Source: Minisyncoccota bacterium
GTDB lineage: Bacteria > Patescibacteriota > Minisyncoccia > Phycocordibacterales > UBA9973
Assembly (NCBI GenBank): GCA_043776915.1
Contig: JAYVQT010000003.1
Span: forward strand, 26,187-90,186
Direction: 5' to 3'
Length of the DNA: 64,000 nt
Shown here: in pieces, positions 57,704-64,000 of the stretch
Layout of the letters: every line of letters starts with the position of its first letter
Position numbering within the stretch: the stretch's first letter is position 1
Position numbers and translations under genes: made by a program
Notes under the pieces: model-generated
Seen by the model: the letters and a program-made list of their open reading frames with translations, nothing else
The model's database searches: none
Told to the model about the DNA's origin: nothing

Positions 57704-59163
57704 TAAATAGATTTCTCTCGGGTCTAAATTTAATACGTTTCTCGTAACGACAGTTGGGGCAAAAACGTGGAATAGGAATAACGTGCTCTCTATAGAATTT
57801 CAATTCTTCAGATACAATATTGTAATTCCGCTCACAACCTATACATTTTAGTACCTCACTGGTAATACTATCACTAATATCAAGAATACTATCAATTACA
57901 TTTTCTGGTGCTATGGTTTCTTTTCCTTTTCTTACGGGTATATCATCTTGCTATGTAAATCCTCCAGCAAGGGCTTGTTCTTTTGAAAGTGGCATAAATA
58001 TTTGGCCTTGTGTTTCGTTATATCCAAAAGGAGAAAGTAGTGAAGGAAAAAATTCGCCATATTCAGATGTTTTTTTCATATGTTCAATTAATTTATTTTT
58101 GAGTAACTCATACTCATCTTTTTCGTACGGTCTATTTAAAATACAATAATTTGATTTTTTTAACCCAACACAACCAAAAAGATTTTGAGAATTATGGCAT
58201 GAATCACAATATTCAATAAAAATATCGTCCCATGAAAGATGCGAGAACTTAGTATAGGATGAATTAGACATTGCATGAGATTCATAAATCATCATCCCTA
58301 TGCCTACACTAAATATATCCATAGCGTCTTTCACTTCTGCAGTTGCTACTGAATACTTAATAGTATCAGAAGCAAAGATATCAAAATCATTATGACAATT
58401 CTTTGAATTATATATTACATCACCAGAAACATTTACAGACCTTTCTATTTGACCATAGCGATGCAACGCGTTAGTTTTTAACATTTCTTTCCATTGAGCA
58501 TATAGACTACTTCTTGTTTGGAAAGAATCTAAGTTGTATTTTTCCATACGTACCATATATTCTTCTTTTGTGTATTGCGTATTTAAAATACAGTATTTTT
58601 TATTACGCAAATTATATGACATAAAGCAATCTGAACAATTTCTACAATCGTAACAGTATGAGCAATTTATAGAATCATGTGTCAGGAGACAAAACTGACA
58701 ATTATAATCTCTATCGCAAGAAATACATTCATAAAGGAAGGTTCCCTTATCGATAATCATATTGCAATCACATGATTCACTTACATGATTCCAACAATTA
58801 CTTGAATAAAGAACATTCTCACTATTAAAAACATCAAAGCATAAATAACAATTTTTGTTATCTTGGGAATGATTAGTGTATTCACTTTGTATTGAATTTT
58901 TAGATAATAATGCAACACGAGGAACTTTTAATTGTAACTCTAAAAACTGCTCAAAAAATGGGCGAGAAAAATCTATTTCTTGTGCAAAATCTTTTGCATC
59001 CCAACTATCACCCCACCAACAAGCTGAACAATACACTTTAAACGGAGACAGAGGATTATAAATAGTGACAGTTGATTTAGTACATAAATCACAATTCCTT
59101 CGATATAAAGTCCTTTCATTACGCCAAGAATAGCGACGGCGTTGCCTGCAGTCCGGGCAAAAT

Positions 59164-59244
59164 GTCGGTGGTGGTACCTTCATCTTCTCGTAAAAACCGA
59201 AGTCATCCGGTTCGATTGTGAAGTCTTTTTTGCAGTTTTGGCAG
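59164..59244. repeat. 81-nt direct repeat, copy 1
   Basis: Identical to 61360-61440. Confidence 0.95.
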
Positions 59245-59319
59245 GTTTTTGTTTCTTGCATAAAATTATGTGTATGATATACTTTAGTAGTAAATGCTTC
59301 TCTTGTCAGAAGCTCCGAG

Positions 59320-59339
59320 AAAACCCCGAAAGGGGTTTT
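59320..59339. terminator. Terminator-like hairpin after the mazF-like gene
   Basis: AAAACCCC-GAAA-GGGGTTTT, with a second hairpin at 59296-59313. Confidence 0.65.
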
Positions 59340-59343
59340 TGTT

Positions 59344-59721
59344 TTATATTATAAGACGTATCTTTTCTTTTAATCTATTTAATTCAGTTGATTCTACCTT
59401 TCCTACAAAACGTAGCAATCTTTTAGCATCAAATAATCGTACTTGCGAAAGTATAACGGTAGATCTATGAAATGATTCTAATGTAAAATAATATTTACCA
59501 ATCTTCGGCTGGCTCGTCAGAGGCACACCCATAAATATATGGTTGTTAAATTTTCTGGTAATCAAAACAGGTCTTTCAAAATTCTTATTTTTTCCATCTT
59601 CTTCATCTCCAATATTTTTACCCATATGTAAAAACCACACTTCTCCTTTACCAAAGAAAATTCTCTCATTCATTGAAATTTTCTTTTTTAAACTATTCCA
59701 TATGTCAAAATCTTCTTTCAT
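59344..59721 (-). CDS. PemK/MazF-family toxin-like protein
   Basis: GEVW....G.NIG.E.DGK....RPVL, VPLTS and SQVR.FD.KRL motifs. Start set at MKEDFD. Confidence 0.88.
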   Translation of the reverse strand: MKEDFDIWNSLKKKISMNERIFFGKGEVWFLHMGKNIGDEEDGKNKNFERPVLITRKFNNHIFMGVPLTSQPKIGKYYFTLESFHRSTVILSQVRLFDAKRLLRFVGKVESTELNRLKEKIRLII

Positions 59722-59735
59722 ATTCAAATTATAAT

Positions 59736-61454
59736 CTAATTCACCTCTTTTTGATAACAACTTTCGCAATAAATAATTTCAGGTCGGTCAGATGCATAGG
59801 AGGTCTCGAATTTGTTTTGACATATACCTGAATGCTCATGGTTTTCCTGTGTACACATACATGAACGATGGAAAAGTTTTGGTTGATTTATAAATTGTAG
59901 GCGATTAAGAAATCTACAATTATGACAAGTATGAGGAAGTGGTAATCCTACACGTTGATAAAACTGCAACTCTGCTGGTATGATACGATATGCACGTTTA
60001 CAATTCTCACACGCAATTACTTCTTTTGTAATATCATCAGAAACATCTTGCAACAAATCAGGTACACCTGAACCATCTAATGTTGTCTGAAATTCTTTTG
60101 CACTTGGTTCACGCCATGTAAACCCTTGATCAAGGGCTTCTTCTTTACGTATTGGTACATAATCTTGTGCCAAACTCTCATTGTAAGCCAAAGGTGAAAA
60201 AGAAAATGGGAAAAAGTCGCCATATGTATACACTCTCCCTTGTTCATCGACATACGGCATATCTTTCATATGTTGTATTATTTTAGGAACAAGTATTTCG
60301 TATTCTTCTTTTGAATATTGTTTATTTAAAATACAATATTTATTCTTCTTCATACTTACACATCCAAAACAATATGACGTACCAAAACAATACCCACAAT
60401 ACTCTATCTCACGAACATTACCGAATGAATTAAAACAACATTTTAGTCCATATGCTCCATCTCCACAAGTCATACACTCGTATGCATTTTCTATATTCAT
60501 AAAAAGCTGACAGGAGTCATATGAATTTGCTGCTTTTAATACACTAATCTGTACATATCGTAGATTCTCGCCATTTTCAACAGAAAAGGAATCACGTACA
60601 TTTTTTGAATCACTAATTCTATCACCGGTACAATTAAGATTTCGCGTACCATGATAATATTTAACTGGGAACTGTTGCCAAAACTCCAAAACTTTTTCTC
60701 GAATATGCACGATGGATTGGTATGAAGATAGATTCATCTCAAATATCCTTCTCTCATATTCTTCTTTAGAAAGTGGTTCATTGAAAAAATAGTATGATTT
60801 ACCACGAAGATTTACACACCCGAAACAATTCGTACAACCACGAAGTCCTTTACTAAACCACACATCTACACAACTTTCACAATCAACAGAAAAGAACGTC
60901 TGGTACGACTTATATACCATGACACATTCGTAGCACAATTCATCATCTATTAATTCATGAGAATCAAATGAATTTTTTACATTAGTAACTTTTACAAGAT
61001 ACGCCGAGTCTTCGATAAAATCTGCATCGAAACACAAATATGCATTTTTAAGTCTCCCTGCCTCATTGCAGTAGTCAGAATTAATCATAAACCCAGCAGA
61101 AGACTTTGCCATAATAGGTACTCTCTTAAACAATTCCAAAAATTGCTCAAAAAACGGCCGTGAAAAATCATACTCTACACCATACTCTAACGCATCCCAC
61201 TCATCACTATACCAATATGTTGTTTCGTATGTTTGTATTGATGATTCAGGAGGAATACCTGAAAATGAATCCTTCCCAGTATGAGCATCTGTTCTACGAA
61301 AAAGATTACGTTCGTTTCTCCATGCTAATCGACGTACCATCCGACACTCTGGACACCACGTCGGTGGTGGTACCTTCATCTTCTCGTAAAAACCGAAGTC
61401 ATCCGGTTCGATTGTGAAGTCTTTTTTGCAGTTTTGGCAGTTGCGGGTTTCCAT
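59736..61454 (-). CDS. Cys-rich zinc-ribbon/solenoid protein, paralog B (intact)
   Basis: CxxC..F......FY.K...P.P..CxxCR zinc ribbons at both ends, short Cys/Ser/Asn repeats and two N...SKEEY motifs. Confidence 0.88.
   Translation of the reverse strand: METRNCQNCKKDFTIEPDDFGFYEKMKVPPPTWCPECRMVRRLAWRNERNLFRRTDAHTGKDSFSGIPPESSIQTYETTYWYSDEWDALEYGVEYDFSRPFFEQFLELFKRVPIMAKSSAGFMINSDYCNEAGRLKNAYLCFDADFIEDSAYLVKVTNVKNSFDSHELIDDELCYECVMVYKSYQTFFSVDCESCVDVWFSKGLRGCTNCFGCVNLRGKSYYFFNEPLSKEEYERRIFEMNLSSYQSIVHIREKVLEFWQQFPVKYYHGTRNLNCTGDRISDSKNVRDSFSVENGENLRYVQISVLKAANSYDSCQLFMNIENAYECMTCGDGAYGLKCCFNSFGNVREIEYCGYCFGTSYCFGCVSMKKNKYCILNKQYSKEEYEILVPKIIQHMKDMPYVDEQGRVYTYGDFFPFSFSPLAYNESLAQDYVPIRKEEALDQGFTWREPSAKEFQTTLDGSGVPDLLQDVSDDITKEVIACENCKRAYRIIPAELQFYQRVGLPLPHTCHNCRFLNRLQFINQPKLFHRSCMCTQENHEHSGICQNKFETSYASDRPEIIYCESCYQKEVN
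59779..59869. repeat. 91-nt direct repeat, copy 2
   Basis: 90/91 identical to 57613-57703. Confidence 0.95.
61360..61440. repeat. 81-nt direct repeat, copy 2
   Basis: Identical to 59164-59244. Confidence 0.95.
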
Positions 61455-61455
61455 A

Positions 61456-61941
61456 TTATTTAATCAATTGAGTAAACTGATCGAGTTGTCGACTTTTAAT
61501 AGTACTTTGTATAAAACCAAGGGTTGTTTGTAATTCTTTAATGGTATTTTGGTTTGATTCTGCGAGACGTTTTTGATTCAATACATACCCTTTGATTACA
61601 TAGTGGCGAAGCGTTTTTGTAGCCCATTGTCGAAAAATAATTGCCTTGCTTGAATTTGTTTTATATCCCACAGCCAGAACAACATCCAGAGAATATAGTG
61701 AAACTGGTTTATCTGAATTTGCAATGTGCATTTTTTGCACATTGTTTTTTGTATCAACTTCTTTTGATCTCAAGAGATTATGTATATGTTTAGTGATAAC
61801 TGAACGCTCAATGCCAAAAAGCTGAGCAATTTGGATTTGTGTTGCCCAAATAGTTTCCTTTGAAATATCAGCGTGAAATTCGATATTCCCTTTTTTGTCT
61901 TTATAGATAGCGAGGTTATTTTTTAAATCATTTTTAGTCAT
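61456..61941 (-). CDS. RhuM-family DNA-binding-like protein, short form
   Basis: ETIW.TQ..IA.LF...S.I.KH, Y.LD...AVGY...S.....FRQWAT..L..Y..KGY..N..RL. Confidence 0.85.
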   Translation of the reverse strand: MTKNDLKNNLAIYKDKKGNIEFHADISKETIWATQIQIAQLFGIERSVITKHIHNLLRSKEVDTKNNVQKMHIANSDKPVSLYSLDVVLAVGYKTNSSKAIIFRQWATKTLRHYVIKGYVLNQKRLAESNQNTIKELQTTLGFIQSTIKSRQLDQFTQLIK

Positions 61942-62369
61942 ATGGATTTTGTGTTGAGCAGTGATGAATGGTGTGTATCTGGCTTGTACGGCGTGCCGAT
62001 TTTAATTTCTACATTTTTGATAATTTCTTTTTTAATTGCTTTTTTAATATTAGACAGGAGTGATGCTTGATCATAGCCAAGAAATAGTAAAGATGGGTTG
62101 ACTTCTTTGAGGGTATTATACGAACCTTCATCGAGGTCGCCAAGAAGCACACGATCGATCTCGGGAACTTGTAAAAGACTTTCAATACGGGATGCTTCAG
62201 TATAAATTGGTATTTTGCCTTTTAACTTTTCTACCATACTATCACGTGCCACAATAGCTACGAGATGTTCCCCTTGAGCTTTTGCTTCTTTAATAAATTC
62301 ACGATGACCATCATGAATCCCATCAAACACTCCAAAAATTATAACGGTTCGCGATTTCATAAAATTCAA
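61938..62369 (-). CDS. Cytidylyltransferase-family protein (archaeal FAD synthase RibL-like)
   Basis: FGVFD.IH.GH (HxGH), VARD, R...L, LGYDQ and SS motifs. Confidence 0.85.
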   Translation of the reverse strand: MNFMKSRTVIIFGVFDGIHDGHREFIKEAKAQGEHLVAIVARDSMVEKLKGKIPIYTEASRIESLLQVPEIDRVLLGDLDEGSYNTLKEVNPSLLFLGYDQASLLSNIKKAIKKEIIKNVEIKIGTPYKPDTHHSSLLNTKSI

Positions 62370-62396
62370 TGTATTATTATAATTGGTAATCAGTAA

Positions 62397-63875
62397 TTAA
62401 ATAAGGGGTTCACTGTTTTTTTCTTCTATGGCTACTAGATTTGTAAATTCATCGTTTGTCGAATTAGTATTTCGAGTAATGGCCGCTTTCTCTTGAGCTG
62501 AGCGAATAATGGTCGACTCTTCTTCGGCAATGAGCTTCTGAGCTTCACCGGCTGGAATAGCGTACTGGCGACGAGAAGCTTCGATAATGCGTGTACGATA
62601 TGAGGGGTGAGTTGCTGGAAGCACACGCAATGTCTCCGCTGAGAATGGGTCATAGCTTTCACCATCAATCGTCATCTTAATATAAAATTCTCCCACTCCA
62701 AGATTGATCATATCTTTGACATCAAAGATCGGTGCGAACTCTGGCTTGAGCTTGACTGCATCGTCACCACCGACACGGAATGAGATAATCGAACCAATGT
62801 TTCCAAGTACTGCTTGCTGAACTTTCGGCAAAAGCTGACCGACATACTGGTGAGCTACAATCAGATTCAGTCCATACTTACGGGCCTCTGACAAAATATT
62901 CTCAAACGTATCAGTCACGATGTTCTGGAACTCATCGACGTACAAATAAAAGTCAGCACGATCTTTCGGCTCAAGCTTGGCGCGTGCCATACCGGCTTGC
63001 TTGATCTTAGTCAAGAACATGGCTCCAAAGAACGATGAATTCTCTTCACCAATTTTTCCTTTCGAGAGATTGATGAGCAAAATTTTCTGTTGATTCATGA
63101 GCACTTCGATATCAATCTTATTCTGCTTCTGGCCGAAAATATTACGGAGCATCGGATCAGACAAGAATTGCCCGAGCTTGTTTACAAGCGGAATGATCGC
63201 ATCAGTATCGAACTTCTCGGACCAGTCGGCGAATTCGATAGCCCAGAATCGTTTGACCATGTCGTCCTCAATATACTCGACAACTTTCTGACGATAGTTA
63301 CGGTCGGTCAGCATAGAGATCATACCGCGCATCGTCGCGTATGGATAGTCGAGAAGCGCAAGGACGGTGAAGCGAAAGACGTGCTCCAAGCGTGGCGTCC
63401 AGTTTGCACCGAACTGCTTACGCAACACTTCGATTAAGCCTTGGGTTAGTTGGTGCTTAAATGTCGGGTCAATATTAGCAAGTGGATTAAATGATGACGG
63501 AAAGTCAACATCACCCGGATCAATAATGCAGACGTCATTAATACGATCTTCGGGAATAAAATTCAAGATGTCATCGATCAGTTCACCATGAGGATCAATA
63601 ATACAAACACCTTGACCGTATGCAATATCTTGACGAATCATCAACTCTTGGAGTTTCGATTTACCTACGCCAGACTTACCGATAATATACATGTGTCGTC
63701 TACGATCAACACGCTTGATACCAAAAACGAATTTCTTTTCTTCAAGTGAAGCTACGTAATTCGTCCGACCGATAAAGCAGACTTCGGCAGGATCAGACTG
63801 ACCAAGAGTTGGTAAATCTGGTGGAGGTGGAGCGTACTTTATGATTTGAATTTTATTTGGTTTGTTGAGCGCCAT
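62397..63875 (-). CDS. Second VirD4/TraD/HerA-like P-loop ATPase
   Basis: GKSGVGKS, DPHGE, LYVDEFQN and SEARKYGL motifs; paralogous to 54022-56322. Confidence 0.88.
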   Translation of the reverse strand: MALNKPNKIQIIKYAPPPPDLPTLGQSDPAEVCFIGRTNYVASLEEKKFVFGIKRVDRRRHMYIIGKSGVGKSKLQELMIRQDIAYGQGVCIIDPHGELIDDILNFIPEDRINDVCIIDPGDVDFPSSFNPLANIDPTFKHQLTQGLIEVLRKQFGANWTPRLEHVFRFTVLALLDYPYATMRGMISMLTDRNYRQKVVEYIEDDMVKRFWAIEFADWSEKFDTDAIIPLVNKLGQFLSDPMLRNIFGQKQNKIDIEVLMNQQKILLINLSKGKIGEENSSFFGAMFLTKIKQAGMARAKLEPKDRADFYLYVDEFQNIVTDTFENILSEARKYGLNLIVAHQYVGQLLPKVQQAVLGNIGSIISFRVGGDDAVKLKPEFAPIFDVKDMINLGVGEFYIKMTIDGESYDPFSAETLRVLPATHPSYRTRIIEASRRQYAIPAGEAQKLIAEEESTIIRSAQEKAAITRNTNSTNDEFTNLVAIEEKNSEPLI

Positions 63876-63925
63876 GTGTGTTAAATTGTATCAAATTACA
63901 ATAAAATAGTATAATAATTCCATCT

Positions 63926-64000
63926 ATGGATGACACTAAAAAGTTTTTACTCGAGGATGGCAAAGATTATATTAAGAAGTTGGGGCCCGGCCTTATTACT
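63926..64000 (+). CDS. Probable NRAMP-family metal transporter, 5' fragment
   Basis: MDDTKKFLLEDGKDYIKKLGPGLIT; LGPGLIT is the typical start of NRAMP TM1. Only 25 codons are visible. Confidence 0.55.
   Translation, partial: MDDTKKFLLEDGKDYIKKLGPGLIT

Larger units (their letters stand above)
57570..59261 (-). pseudogene. Cys-rich zinc-ribbon/solenoid protein, paralog A, interrupted by an in-frame TAG at 57951-57953
   Basis: ORFs 57951-59261 and 57570-57803 share a frame, and the frame is open after the TAG (QDDIPVRKG...CIGCERNY). The paralog has TGG (GFTW) at this position. Confidence 0.75.

Noticed and set aside
4047-59261. Alternative genetic code (TGA=Gly or TAG readthrough)
   Set aside because: TGA ends lysS and TAG ends greA, mrdA and paralog B at expected positions; the conserved genes translate fully in code 11.
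57570-59869. Diversity-generating retroelement (TR/VR pair) in the 3' repeats
   Set aside because: The mismatches are not confined to adenines of one copy, both copies lie inside genes, and there is no reverse transcriptase in the window.
536-63591. The many 60-170 aa ORFs antisense to or nested in housekeeping genes
   Set aside because: They are shadow frames of well-supported genes, with no motifs or independent expression signals.
1-64000. CRISPR array, integrase, transposase or prophage
   Set aside because: No regularly spaced repeat-spacer series and no recognisable recombinase or phage genes were seen.

Overview
Chromosomal segment of an AT-rich, gene-dense bacterium that looks like Patescibacteria/CPR (Parcubacteria-like). 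The assignment is inferred from the short ValS, archaeal-type Cmk, paired VirD4/TraD-like ATPases, Cys-rich zinc-ribbon paralogs and tightly packed genes; TAA, TAG and TGA all end genes, so code 11 applies. Most of the window is housekeeping: cell wall and division genes (mraZ-rsmH-ftsL-ftsI, PBP2, murABCDEJ, alr), translation genes (lysS, valS, leuS, lepA, ychF, engB, tsaC/D, miaA, rpmG) and five tRNAs. The notable parts are: (1) two tandem Cys-rich paralogs sharing 81-nt and 91-nt near-identical DNA tracts at their ends around a strongly diverged middle, flanking an orphan MazF/PemK gene and lying between two VirD4-like ATPases, one of which carries the same CxxC-x17-CxxC module; (2) a stand-alone primary-type sigma factor resembling the Bacteroidota form; (3) a five-gene C50-carotenoid-like cluster (cruF, lyeJ, crtI/D, crtB, crtE); (4) structured elements, namely an in-frame hairpin insertion in tsaD, a tRNA-Trp trailer with antisense and direct copies of the tRNA 3' end, and a candidate ncRNA beside mraZ. 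Several small proteins missing from the ORF track are also reported. All family assignments come from recalled motifs; no searches were run.
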